Assembly (NCBI GenBank): GCA_050950765.1
Contig: JBMNIF010000003.1
Span: 448,001 to 512,000, forward strand
DNA: 64,000 nt
Direction: 5' to 3'
Source: Bdellovibrionota bacterium
Lineage (GTDB): Bacteria > Bdellovibrionota_C > UBA2361 > JAAYZI01
A program made the translations under genes and the position numbers. Below the pieces are notes generated by a model that saw only the letters and a program-made list of their open reading frames with translations, was not told the origin of the DNA and did not search any database. Positions 1 to 10,226 of the stretch are shown here, piece by piece. Position 1 is the first letter of the stretch, and each line of letters begins with the position of its first letter.

Positions 1-146
1 AACGGCATTCCTGGAATTGCAGAGCTTTCTAAAACTACATTCCCCTCTTCGTCATAAATCGCTTTATTAAGAGTGTGTAAGAACGCTGCTGTGGCCGGAC
101 CAAAACCTACACATGCGATATCAACCGCCATCTTCATTGCTTCCAT
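1..146 (-). CDS. FAD-dependent oxidoreductase, ETF-QO/FixC-like (5' part; runs off the window)
   Basis: Manual translation MEAMKMAVDIACVGFGPATAAF... gives an N-terminal Rossmann GxGxA motif. GGAGG RBS upstream; lies downstream of an acyl-CoA dehydrogenase. Confidence 0.7.
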   Translation of the reverse strand, partial: MEAMKMAVDIACVGFGPATAAFLHTLNKAIYDEEGNVVLESSAIPGMP

Positions 147-189
147 AAGAACCTCCCTAAATACCGTGCAATCAATTCCCCCAATAATT

Positions 190-220
190 AAAAAAGGTGC
201 CTTTTTAACGGGCACCTCTT
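190..220 (-). terminator. Probable intrinsic terminator after the acyl-CoA dehydrogenase
   Basis: Minus strand reads AGGTGCC-loop-GGCACCT followed by a T run. Confidence 0.55.
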
Positions 221-242
221 ATCAACTACGCAACCTGCCTAA

Positions 243-2333
243 TTATAATTGCGGATAATCCAACGCTTCCGGAATCATTACCGTAGTCAAGGCTTGCGCA
301 GCTCTATCTTTGGCAAATCTAAATCCCACTAAACGTCGATCTGTTTCAGCACGTAGATCTTCAAACTCTTTCAATTGATCACAAGAATCAACAGCACCAC
401 TCTCTCTATAACCGTAAACCAGCTCCGTACAAATTCTTCCGACTTCACCAGCAGCATGCGCAGCTTGAACGGTACACAGGTCTGATAAGAAGTTGACGCA
501 ACCACTTAATCCATCTGTAACAGCAGGGTTGTCCTGACCTTTTTCAGCGAGCTCAACAACATCAAGGATCTGAAAGCGTGATGCCAAGACCCAACATAAA
601 GCATCCGCCAACGGGAAAGTAACACTCTGTCTTTGATTGTGATAGAGCACTTTACCTTTTGCATCTTTTGTTTTTAGGAGATACCGCACACACCAGAGCC
701 ACATTCTCATAGCTTGTGCCGTAATTCCTGCCGCACAATATTTCTCAGCAAGACGATCTTGTTCAACAATCCACTGTTCAAATTGAGCAAGAAAAACTTC
801 GTTTGTCATAGTCGCACTTAAGTGGCGTCTTTGCACAGCTTCTGGACCTTCATAAGTTGCTTCAAGTTGTGCATCTGTCCACTTTTGCATAAGGAATCCA
901 GGACAATCTTCTGTAATTCCATAGCCTCCCATCAAGCTAACAGCTTCCCGCATCATCGTGGCACCGTATCCAGTATCCCAAAGTTTACAAGCTGGGCAGA
1001 GTACATTACTCAAAGCATCACCGACAACAAACTGCACTAACTTATCATTCAAGAGCTCTTCATATCGAGCAGCATCTCGCGCGCTATCTGGCGTAGCAGC
1101 AAGTTTAATAAACTCCAACGCCTGCGGGGTTACACTCTTAAAAACTTTTAGTTGTGCCCGTGCTCCCTCAATCTGCTGTTCTTTAAAATAGGAGTCTCTC
1201 CAATGATCGATAGTATCAAAATTATCTAACAGATAGGCCGCACCGAATCCTAAAGATGAAGCAGCTTCTCCAGCAGCCCAAACATCGACTAAGCGATGCA
1301 ATGGATCTTCTTTCATCTGCAATCCAGCTTCAAACCTCGGAGTGCCAGGATTTGTTCCTTCTCCACCACGGAAGCGTTGTCTCTGATAACGGATAATGGG
1401 TTCAACAGCTGAAATTAACTTAGCAGCCGTCATCAATCCGACCGTAACTCTGGTTCTGCGAAAAGTAGCTTCAATCACATCACCGTGATTGTAATTAGGA
1501 ACGATAACACCGTCTTTAATCTTATAACCACCAACGATCCTACTAGCTGGAACTTTAGCAGTAATAATTGGGTCTCTCGTTGATGATAACTGATGAACCA
1601 TCTTTAATGTTATAGCACCACGATCAAATGTGCCTTCATCATCTTCATGCACAACAATCATGCAGCTTCCTTTTATACGAGGATCTGCAGAATCAACGGC
1701 AGCCGTTACAAAGTTAGCGAAATCCATATTTGTAATAAATCGTCCCCGTTTTTGGACTTCAAGAATCGGCTCTTGTCCTTCTTTCCATTCAGCAACTTTT
1801 ATCTTTCCGCACAACACCCCTGTATCAACTCCTACATACGGAAGGGGTTCCGTTAAAGCAAAGGCACCGCGCAGCTGTTTGCGATCTTCATTGGGCTGCG
1901 GTGGAACAGATTGCGAAAGATAATAGCGACGTTGTTCTTCGGTGCCGCGCTCACAGATCGGAGCAAGAGCTAAGTTACCCGCTAAGCTACACGTTGCAGA
2001 ACCGCCATCCACCCAAGCAAGTTCGAAAGCAACTAGAGCAACAGCCATATTTTTAGGACCTTCTACGAAACCGCCCATTTCAGGATCCATAAAGGCTGCC
2101 GTAATTCCTGACTCATCAAAGCATTTCAACATATTTTGTTTAGCAGGGGTCCATTCATGAAATTTACGCTCGCCGCTAGCTACCATTTTAGCAACAACGC
2201 TACGTGCCACAGTTCTTGTTGACTGCACCAGCATCTGCAAATCATATCGATCTGAAAAACGCCACATTATCTGACGAATATCGTCTCCCGGTAAGGTTTT
2301 TAATGTTTCAGCACCGTCACCCGTCATGTTCAT
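243..2333 (-). CDS. Acyl-CoA dehydrogenase family protein
   Basis: GAFALTEP, RFITN, MGGYG and YEGPEAVQ motifs of ACADs. Confidence 0.9.
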   Translation of the reverse strand: MNMTGDGAETLKTLPGDDIRQIMWRFSDRYDLQMLVQSTRTVARSVVAKMVASGERKFHEWTPAKQNMLKCFDESGITAAFMDPEMGGFVEGPKNMAVALVAFELAWVDGGSATCSLAGNLALAPICERGTEEQRRYYLSQSVPPQPNEDRKQLRGAFALTEPLPYVGVDTGVLCGKIKVAEWKEGQEPILEVQKRGRFITNMDFANFVTAAVDSADPRIKGSCMIVVHEDDEGTFDRGAITLKMVHQLSSTRDPIITAKVPASRIVGGYKIKDGVIVPNYNHGDVIEATFRRTRVTVGLMTAAKLISAVEPIIRYQRQRFRGGEGTNPGTPRFEAGLQMKEDPLHRLVDVWAAGEAASSLGFGAAYLLDNFDTIDHWRDSYFKEQQIEGARAQLKVFKSVTPQALEFIKLAATPDSARDAARYEELLNDKLVQFVVGDALSNVLCPACKLWDTGYGATMMREAVSLMGGYGITEDCPGFLMQKWTDAQLEATYEGPEAVQRRHLSATMTNEVFLAQFEQWIVEQDRLAEKYCAAGITAQAMRMWLWCVRYLLKTKDAKGKVLYHNQRQSVTFPLADALCWVLASRFQILDVVELAEKGQDNPAVTDGLSGCVNFLSDLCTVQAAHAAGEVGRICTELVYGYRESGAVDSCDQLKEFEDLRAETDRRLVGFRFAKDRAAQALTTVMIPEALDYPQL

Positions 2334-2682
2334 ATCCTTTTTAAAGGTGTTTTAAAAAATAAAAAAAAATAAGGGTCTTTAATACATGCCCACAACTCAT
2401 AAGTTTATTGAAGATTAAGATAGGGATAGCTAACAAAGAATCACACCCACAAAAAATCGTCCAGACATACTAATCCGTTCAGAGGCAAGTCTCAAGTCCT
2501 TAGCATGTTAGTAATTAACAATTTAGGGATAATAAGCATTAAATGGATTATTCAGATAAAAAATGACCCCCTAAAAATCTTAAGTGCCGCACTTAAATTA
2601 AGCCAATCAATCGAAAAAACAAGCCAATTAGCCCCCTAGAACGATCGTTCTAAACCGCAATCCCTTCAATGAATCAGGTCAA

Positions 2683-4215
2683 TCAATCCATTATCTCATT
2701 CAAGCCGTCGCGTAGGATCTCTTTCTCGATCTCTATCTGATCTGTTGTTGGGATTTCGTAATTGCGATCGTTTGGATGTATTGGAATGCCTTGCGCATAA
2801 ATTCCTTGCCTCTGAAAACGCCACAGAGCAAAATAATTGAGCCCTCGAGAATATGCTGTCTTTTGTAAAAGCTTAACATCATCAACAGAAAGCCCAGCTC
2901 CGTTCTCCCAAGGGAAATAATAACTTTGACCGTCAAGGGTTAGCCCGTCACCCTTTGAAAGTGCCCCTATATCATCAGAGTGGTGCAGCTCTATCGGATC
3001 CCCTGCGCCTTCAGCATCATTACCTGCATAACAATTCGGACAGGGGTTGCGGACGAATTGTACATTTTTATCAAGATGCGTCTCTGCTATCGATCGCATT
3101 GCAAGATACGATACCACGTCAAGATTATCCTCAAGCATCACTATTGCAATATTTTTATTCCGTGCATTTAACGAGGTATTAAAATCAAACACAGGCTTTA
3201 CCTCTTTCACCATCTCTGCAAACTTATTACGCGTCTCAGAATCATAACGGATTAGAGATCTGAAATCTCTGGGGCTCACCATATTAAATCCAGCATCAAT
3301 AGTTGTCCTATCATGCTTACGCATAGTTGAGCCGTTACTAAGGTAGAGCGCTAAGGTAATAATTCGACCCCTCTCACTAAAGATCTGCAAAACCCTTTTC
3401 AAATACTCAAAGTCTTTACCAAAGGTGCCATCCGCTAAAACCCCTAAAAAGATCTCTCGAATCCCCGAATCTAAAAGAGTTTGTAACTCCGCTGCGACAG
3501 TCCGTCTGGCATTCGGCTGCATTAAATATAACATGGCATAGCCCCTAGCCTGCCCTGTGTATAACGGTGCTGCTTCATCTTTCGGAGTTGGCGTTGGTTC
3601 AGGCTTGGTCGGCTCTACAATACTTATTTTTGTAGTAGTATTTGAAGGCGTTTTCTTACTCATTATCCCTGGAATTAAGCCATAATCGCTATCTTCAATA
3701 ATAGCACCTGACTCACGCAATTCATTAAGGTCTTCTTCGTTCAAAATAGGATCTGACACACCATCTTCAACAGATGGTGAAGGAAGTGACGTCGGCACAC
3801 TACTCGGCGGCATGCTATCCTCCAAGGCAAGTTCAGAACGTGCCGCATCTAAGCTGTCTTTTACTGCAAGTAGTTTTTGATCACTTGCACTAACACCATT
3901 ATCACTGTGTAAAAGCTGCTTGGCAGTCCGAATAGTTTCAGATTTAACCAACTTTGAATCTTTCTCCAGCTCCGCTTCCTCAACTGTTTCAGGTGTAACT
4001 TGATTTTTCTTAGATAAGTCATGCGCTTTGTTGATAGCACTTTCTTCAGTAGAAGCTGGTGTTATTTCTCCCTGCTTTTCCTTTTTTTGCACGATTTTGC
4101 GGAACGTAGTTCGTGATAAATTCGACAATGTCGTCTTTCCGCTGAGCGCTCTCGTAACTAATAGCGACACCACAAGTAACACCAAACAGAGTATTACATA
4201 TTTTTTTTTAATCAT
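2683..4215 (-). CDS. Hypothetical exported or membrane-anchored protein
   Basis: 510-aa ORF with an N-terminal hydrophobic segment, low-complexity P/E/T linker and globular C-terminal domain. Confidence 0.7.
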   Translation of the reverse strand: MIKKKYVILCLVLLVVSLLVTRALSGKTTLSNLSRTTFRKIVQKKEKQGEITPASTEESAINKAHDLSKKNQVTPETVEEAELEKDSKLVKSETIRTAKQLLHSDNGVSASDQKLLAVKDSLDAARSELALEDSMPPSSVPTSLPSPSVEDGVSDPILNEEDLNELRESGAIIEDSDYGLIPGIMSKKTPSNTTTKISIVEPTKPEPTPTPKDEAAPLYTGQARGYAMLYLMQPNARRTVAAELQTLLDSGIREIFLGVLADGTFGKDFEYLKRVLQIFSERGRIITLALYLSNGSTMRKHDRTTIDAGFNMVSPRDFRSLIRYDSETRNKFAEMVKEVKPVFDFNTSLNARNKNIAIVMLEDNLDVVSYLAMRSIAETHLDKNVQFVRNPCPNCYAGNDAEGAGDPIELHHSDDIGALSKGDGLTLDGQSYYFPWENGAGLSVDDVKLLQKTAYSRGLNYFALWRFQRQGIYAQGIPIHPNDRNYEIPTTDQIEIEKEILRDGLNEIMD

Positions 4216-4432
4216 CGCTACTCATCACCCGTAAAAAATCTCTCCCCTTTTGGCACGCCTATCACTGCAAAAAAACAGAGATTAAGAGCATCTCTCACAT
4301 CGTTAACAAATTCAAGTAATAAATCCATCTTGCTAGCTTAGATCACTTGTCGCAAAATGACACTCCTAAGTAACACAATTAAATGTTCTCTGCTTTTTTC
4401 GGTTATGTATTAGGTTATGTATTAGGTTTAAA

Positions 4433-5482
4433 ATGCCAATAGTTAGCTCCTCTTCATTTTCAACGCATATAAAAAACGGTTATATTCAAACCATACTTCC
4501 ACCATTTTTTTATAAGTCAGAAAAACATCCCGTACAGTATTACAGAAGGCGTATCTTAACCCCCGATCAAGATTTTCTAGATCTGGATTGGCTGTGTGGC
4601 GGCAACTCGCGTGCCATAATTATTACCCACGCCTTAGAAGGCTCTTCACAGAGTTGGTACGTTAAACAAGCAGCTAAACAACTTCTATCTGCTGGCTGGG
4701 ATGTCTTAGCTTGGAACTTAAGAAGTTGTAGCACAGAGTTGAATAAATGCCCGACTTGGTACCATGCTGGTTCCGTAGAAGACCTTGCTCGAGTCTTTTC
4801 GCACGCACTTTTTACCAAAAGATATCAAGAGATCTGCATGTTGGGATTCGGCTTCGGAGGCGTTATCACCCTTAATTTTCTCGGTTCACACAGTCATGAG
4901 ATTGCACAGTTAGTAAATCGCACTGTTGTTTGTTCCGTTCCATGCGATCTTGAGTCTTATATGCAAAAGACAACTTCATGGCGTAATAATATCTTTTACA
5001 CAGGTATTTTACGAAGCTTGAAAAATAAAATACGTAAGAAAACTGTTTTATTTCCGGAAGTTTTTAAAGATATTGACCTAAATAAAATACGTAACTTAAA
5101 AGAGTTTGATACCTTCTGTACCGCCCCGCTGCACGGCTTTAACAGTGCAGCTGACTATTGGAAAGTCTGCAGCCCCAAACGCATCTTGTTAAAAATCGAA
5201 GCACCAACACTAATTATCAACGCACTTAACGATCCATTTCTGCCCGAGATCTGCTTCCCCTACGAGGCAGCACTAAAAAGCAATTTTATCCATCTGGAGA
5301 CACCCCTTACGGGTGGGCATCTAGGTTTTTACACCAATTTTTTAAAAACAAACTGGTTTATCTCTCGTGCACTAGAGTTTTTAGAACCTTTCGCTGGCAT
5401 TACAGCAGATACTCCTTTAGAGAATCCGAGTTCAGGAACTTCAACTCCTAAAGAGCGACTTCAGCGCGCTGTCGGAGAATAG
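4433..5482 (+). CDS. YheT-like alpha/beta hydrolase
   Basis: DFLDLDW, HALEGSS, NALNDPF and GGHLGF motifs. The nucleophile elbow reads GFGFGG instead of GxSxGG, so it may be inactive. Confidence 0.8.
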   Translation: MPIVSSSSFSTHIKNGYIQTILPPFFYKSEKHPVQYYRRRILTPDQDFLDLDWLCGGNSRAIIITHALEGSSQSWYVKQAAKQLLSAGWDVLAWNLRSCSTELNKCPTWYHAGSVEDLARVFSHALFTKRYQEICMLGFGFGGVITLNFLGSHSHEIAQLVNRTVVCSVPCDLESYMQKTTSWRNNIFYTGILRSLKNKIRKKTVLFPEVFKDIDLNKIRNLKEFDTFCTAPLHGFNSAADYWKVCSPKRILLKIEAPTLIINALNDPFLPEICFPYEAALKSNFIHLETPLTGGHLGFYTNFLKTNWFISRALEFLEPFAGITADTPLENPSSGTSTPKERLQRAVGE

Positions 5483-5794
5483 CTTTAACAAACAATAAAT
5501 AATTATTTTTTCCTACACATTTATATATATTCCATATATATTCACACTACGTCTTAAAGCATTTCAAAAATGTAGTGGGTAAAATTTTATTCATTCATCT
5601 AAAAACAATGCTTGCTTCTGAAAACTTTATGCCGTATAGGAACCCTTATGCGTTTTTTAAAGAAAAATTTAAATTCATTTTAATTCAAGGAGGGTCAAGA
5701 AAACAAAAAATCAAACATACATAAAAGCAATTGTTTCTTTAGTTTTTTCGGATACTTATTTAATTAACACTCACATTCAAATTGAGGATTAGTC

Positions 5795-7876
5795 ATGCAA
5801 ACATATCAGACTATAGATCTAAGGAATATCGCATTAGTTGGTCACGGTTCTTGTGGCAAAACCAGTCTAAGCGAAGCTATGCTAGTTTGTACCGGAGTCA
5901 TAGATCGCATGGGCACAATAGAAGCAGGAAACACGATTTCTGATTATCATGATGATGAAAAAGCAAGACAGATTTCGATTAGTACTGGTTTACTTAATCT
6001 TGAGTGGAACAATAAGAAAATTAACCTCCTTGATACCCCTGGATATTCAGATTTTATCGGAGAAGCTATCAGCGCGCTAACTGTCTCAGATTGTGCACTT
6101 GTAATTATCAATGCAGGTCAAGGCGTTCAAGTTGGAACGGAGCAGTTGTGGCAACGTGCTGAAGATAAAAAAATGCCTATTATAGCTGCGATTACAGGGC
6201 TTGATAAAGAACACGCTGATTATGAAGCTATTTTAACAGAAGCAAAAAAGACTTTCGGCAATAAATTGATCCCCATGTTAATTCCACTGAATCAAGGTGT
6301 TGGTTTTAATCAGGTTGCCGATGTCATTCGTAAAAAGATTTTAACATTCAAAACCGACGGTAGCGGTCAATTCGAAGAGAGCGCACTTCCCGCTGATTTG
6401 CAGGAAACAATCAATAAATATCATCAAGATCTGGTAGAATATGTTGCAGAAAGTGATGATTCTTTAATGGAGAAGTTTTTTGATCAAGGTGGACTTTCGG
6501 AAGATGAATTAAAGGACGGGTTACACACTGCCTTTCAAACAGGTTCCTTTGTACCAGTTTATCCCATAGCTGGACGTAGTAATATCGGTGTTGTACGAAT
6601 GCTGGATTTTATCACAAAATACGGCACTTCCCCACTTGACAATCCCAGCACTATCGTTACGGACGGCTCCACAGAAAATGTAGAGTTAGAAATTACAGAT
6701 CCACGCACAGCTTTATATATTTTTAAAACAAGTAGCGAAGCTCATATCGGAGAAGTTTCGTACTTCCGCGTCCTTTCAGGGAAAGTAAGCACCGGTATGG
6801 ATCTATTGAACAGTACTCAACAGAAGCCGGAACGTTTAGGGCAAGTTGCTATCGTTTGTGGCAAGAACAGAACTTCTGTTGACGAACTCTCGGCGGGAGA
6901 TATCGGGAGTACCGTTAAGCTAAAGGTCTCAAAAGCAGGAGATACTTTATGCGATCAGAAAAGCGCCATTATTTATCCTGCCATAGAATATCCCGCTCCT
7001 AATATGGGAGCCGCATTAAAAGCGAAATCAAAAAGTGATGAAGATAAGATCGGATTAGGCTTAGCCGCTCTTAAACAAGAAGATCCGACTTTTAATTATT
7101 TTATGGATTCTGAAACGAAACAGACTGTAATAACAGGACAAGGTGAGTTGCACCTGCAAGTTGCTATGGAACGTTTGAAGGCGAGGTTTAACATTGACCT
7201 TGATCTAATAGAACCGAAAATTCCGTATCGTGAAACTATTGCTGGCAAAGCAGATTCTAAGTATCGCCACAAAAAACAATCAGGTGGTGCGGGGCAATTC
7301 GCTGAGGTGTGGATGACAGTTGAAGCGCTTCCTCGTGGTTCTGGAATAGAGTTCACGCAAACTCTTGTTGGGCAAAATGTAGACCGCGTTTTTGTTCCCT
7401 CTGTTGAAAAGGGAGTTTATGCTGCTTGCGAAGAAGGTCCATTAGCTGGATGTAAAGTCGTTGATGTAAAAATCAATTTCTATGACGGCAAGATGCACCC
7501 CGTTGATTCAAAGGATATCGCCTTTCAGATCGCAGGAAAAGAAGGTTTTAGAGAAGCCTTTATGAACGCTAAACCTTGCCTACTGGAGCCGATCTACAAT
7601 ATCTCGGTAAAAGTTCCTGAAGAGTATATGGGTGACGTTATGGGCGATATCTCATCTCGTCGTGGTAGGATCCAAGGGACTGAAGCTGAGGGGAACTTTA
7701 CCGTAGTTAAAGGGCAAGTTCCTCAAGCAAATCTCTATCAATATGCAACGGCTTTGCGTTCAATAACAGGTGGTCGCGGCATCTTTTCTCGTGAGTTTAG
7801 CCACTATGCCGAGATGCCGAAAGAGATGGAAGAAAAAGTTATCGCTGAGATGAAGAGAGACGCTGAATCAGCTTAA
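5795..7876 (+). CDS. fusA: Elongation factor G paralogue (EF-G2-like)
   Basis: RNIALVGH..GKT, DTPG, GQGELHL, HKKQSGGAGQF and LLEPI motifs. Stand-alone gene with divergent G motifs. Confidence 0.85.
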   Translation: MQTYQTIDLRNIALVGHGSCGKTSLSEAMLVCTGVIDRMGTIEAGNTISDYHDDEKARQISISTGLLNLEWNNKKINLLDTPGYSDFIGEAISALTVSDCALVIINAGQGVQVGTEQLWQRAEDKKMPIIAAITGLDKEHADYEAILTEAKKTFGNKLIPMLIPLNQGVGFNQVADVIRKKILTFKTDGSGQFEESALPADLQETINKYHQDLVEYVAESDDSLMEKFFDQGGLSEDELKDGLHTAFQTGSFVPVYPIAGRSNIGVVRMLDFITKYGTSPLDNPSTIVTDGSTENVELEITDPRTALYIFKTSSEAHIGEVSYFRVLSGKVSTGMDLLNSTQQKPERLGQVAIVCGKNRTSVDELSAGDIGSTVKLKVSKAGDTLCDQKSAIIYPAIEYPAPNMGAALKAKSKSDEDKIGLGLAALKQEDPTFNYFMDSETKQTVITGQGELHLQVAMERLKARFNIDLDLIEPKIPYRETIAGKADSKYRHKKQSGGAGQFAEVWMTVEALPRGSGIEFTQTLVGQNVDRVFVPSVEKGVYAACEEGPLAGCKVVDVKINFYDGKMHPVDSKDIAFQIAGKEGFREAFMNAKPCLLEPIYNISVKVPEEYMGDVMGDISSRRGRIQGTEAEGNFTVVKGQVPQANLYQYATALRSITGGRGIFSREFSHYAEMPKEMEEKVIAEMKRDAESA

Positions 7877-7888
7877 ATATTTTACGAG

Positions 7889-7919
7889 GGAAGTGAGATG
7901 TGTCACACATCTCGCTTCC
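7889..7919 (+). terminator. Stem-loop downstream of the EF-G paralogue
   Basis: GGAAGTGAGATGTG...CACATCTCGCTTCC inverted repeat; no clear U tract. Confidence 0.45.
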
Positions 7920-8060
7920 TATGAGTTAGGTTCTCCTTAGCCTAGACAGTTTTTAAAAAGCTTCCTGCATCTGTTTTTATGTTAAAACATAAACCTGTCA
8001 AGAATATGGAAGGTTAATCGCTTACGTTATAATCGTGAAGACCTCTTATAAAAATGTATA

Positions 8061-8762
8061 ATGATTCAAAACGATACCGAAACTCATAGTTCATCAGTAA
8101 TTATAAACTCTATCATAGATCAAGCGGTACAGATAAGGTCTCTTTCAGATCGGATAGAGTTTATCTCATCAAGTTTTTTAGGTGCCCCTTATCAAGTAAA
8201 TCCATTAGTAGGTTCTGCTAGTACACCTGAAAGCTTTACAGCCTCCATAAGCGCTTTTGATTGTGTAACTTTTTGTGAAACTGTTTTGGCACTCACCTTT
8301 TCAAAAAACGGTGCAGATTTTAATAGTATTTTGCAACAGATTCGTTACAAGTGCGCTCAAATAAGTTGGCTTACTCGTAATCACTATATGACTTCATGGA
8401 TTGAAGAAAATATCAGAAATAACTTTATAAAATTAGATAGAACATTTTCCAACGCCACGATCTCCCGTCTTTTATCCACACTGGACGGCTACCCCCCACA
8501 AGAAGCGACTATCTATTATCGTCCTATTGAACTATTTTCATCGTATGACGTGATTAAAGATGCAACGTTTCTTCTTTTCGTCAGTACCCGTTCTAATTTA
8601 GATTATTTTCATCTAGGTATCGCCGTTAGAAAAAATGATGAGCTCTATCTGCGTCATGCTGCTAAAAGTATCGGTTCTGTTAATGACGAACTATTTTCTA
8701 ATTTTTTAGCTAGAAACAGTATGTTGGGGATAACTATGCTTGAAGTTATTGAAGAACGTTAA
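8061..8762 (-). CDS. DUF1460 / NlpC-P60-like peptidoglycan amidase
   Basis: FLGAPY, FDCVTFCETVLAL, RNHY, HLGI and RHA motifs. Confidence 0.8.
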
Positions 8763-8892
8763 AGTTTTTTTCCTTTAATTTTCTTATAAAAATTAAGCTA
8801 CTCTAATGTGCCGATAAAAAGATATCTACTGTGCATTTAAAATATCTGTTATACCCCTTTTTATTTGAGAGCAATAGTGTGGGGAGAGTTTT

Positions 8893-10188
8893 ATGGTCAA
8901 AACAAAGACAGAAGGTACGATATACATAAAACGATTAAAAAGAGTTATGTCAGCTTTAAAAAAAGAGGGTGGAGATGCTGCTCTTTTTTTAAGTAGTGCA
9001 CCTGAAGTCTCTCGCTCACGTGATGAAAACTATCCTTATAAACAACACTCCGATTTCTATTATTTAACCGGCTCAAAGCGTAAAGATACCGCTCTACTTG
9101 TTACGACAAAGTGTGATCAGCCAATAATTTTTGCAATCAAGGACGATCCTAAACAGATACTTTGGGAAGGGACGAGTGAAGATCCGGCTGAAATCGCCCG
9201 CCGTTGTGATGCAGAACTGGTTCTGTGTCAAGACATCTACACGGAGATACTTCCTGGCATGAATGGCATTGATGTTCTTTATTATCAGAACATCCCGAAC
9301 ACCATCGCATGGAATATTACAAAACGTATTATCAGCCAACCGTCTTGGTTAAGAGGTCCTCTACCGAGTAGGTTTAATCATAGCGATGTAATTTTGGAGC
9401 CACTACGCCTGATAAAAGATAGCTCGGAGATACAGAAGATTCAAAATTCGATAAACCTTACAGCTGCCTGTTTATATGGGATCATTCCACTTATAACAGC
9501 AGGTGCTACGGAAGGAGAGATACAGGCGGCATTTGATTATAATTTGCGTTTACGTGGGGCGTGCCCCGCTTTTAAAACTATTGTAGCGGCAGGTGCCTCC
9601 GCCTCCGTTCTGCACTATGACAAACATTCAGAGGTGCTCAAAAATAAACAATTACTGATGATTGATTGCGGTGCTGAGTATGAGATGTACTGCGGGGATA
9701 TTACTCGTACCTATCCGATCGGAGGTCGTTTTGAGGGTGTTCTAAGAGAGATTTACAGTATCGTTCTCTCCGCTCAAAAAGCAGCCATTGCGACGATAAA
9801 ACACGGCGTAAAAATGCAAAAAGTTTATGCAGCTGCTGCCAAGAAAATGATACGCGGCTTAAAAGATCTGGGGGTGTTAAAAGGTGACGAGCGTGATTTA
9901 TTTAAAAGTGGTGCTATTCTGCCATATTTTCCGCACTCTATCGGGCATTCTTTAGGACTTGATGTGCATGATATCGGTAAACTTCGCGCCGATAAGGAGA
10001 CGATCTTAGAAGCCGGTATGGTTATCACAGTTGAACCTGGTCTCTATTTTCAAAAAGCGCAAAAAGGTATCCCGCGATGCGGAATCCGTATTGAAGACGA
10101 TGTTCTCGTTACAAAAACTGGTCACCAGATCTTAGGCAACCCCATCCCGAAAGAGATAGCAGATCTTGAAGCACTAATGATCGGGTAG
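8893..10188 (+). CDS. pepP: Xaa-Pro aminopeptidase
   Basis: SDFYYLTG, DITRT, HSIGHSLGLDVHD, TVEPGLY and GIRIEDD motifs. Confidence 0.9.
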   Translation: MVKTKTEGTIYIKRLKRVMSALKKEGGDAALFLSSAPEVSRSRDENYPYKQHSDFYYLTGSKRKDTALLVTTKCDQPIIFAIKDDPKQILWEGTSEDPAEIARRCDAELVLCQDIYTEILPGMNGIDVLYYQNIPNTIAWNITKRIISQPSWLRGPLPSRFNHSDVILEPLRLIKDSSEIQKIQNSINLTAACLYGIIPLITAGATEGEIQAAFDYNLRLRGACPAFKTIVAAGASASVLHYDKHSEVLKNKQLLMIDCGAEYEMYCGDITRTYPIGGRFEGVLREIYSIVLSAQKAAIATIKHGVKMQKVYAAAAKKMIRGLKDLGVLKGDERDLFKSGAILPYFPHSIGHSLGLDVHDIGKLRADKETILEAGMVITVEPGLYFQKAQKGIPRCGIRIEDDVLVTKTGHQILGNPIPKEIADLEALMIG

Positions 10189-10226
10189 AATTTACTACTC
10201 CCATTCTGGGGAGGATCCCTTACCCA

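Noticed and set aside
8791..8817. GCCGATAA upstream of pepP as a sigma-28 promoter
   Set aside because: The -10 matches but there is no -35 at the expected spacing.
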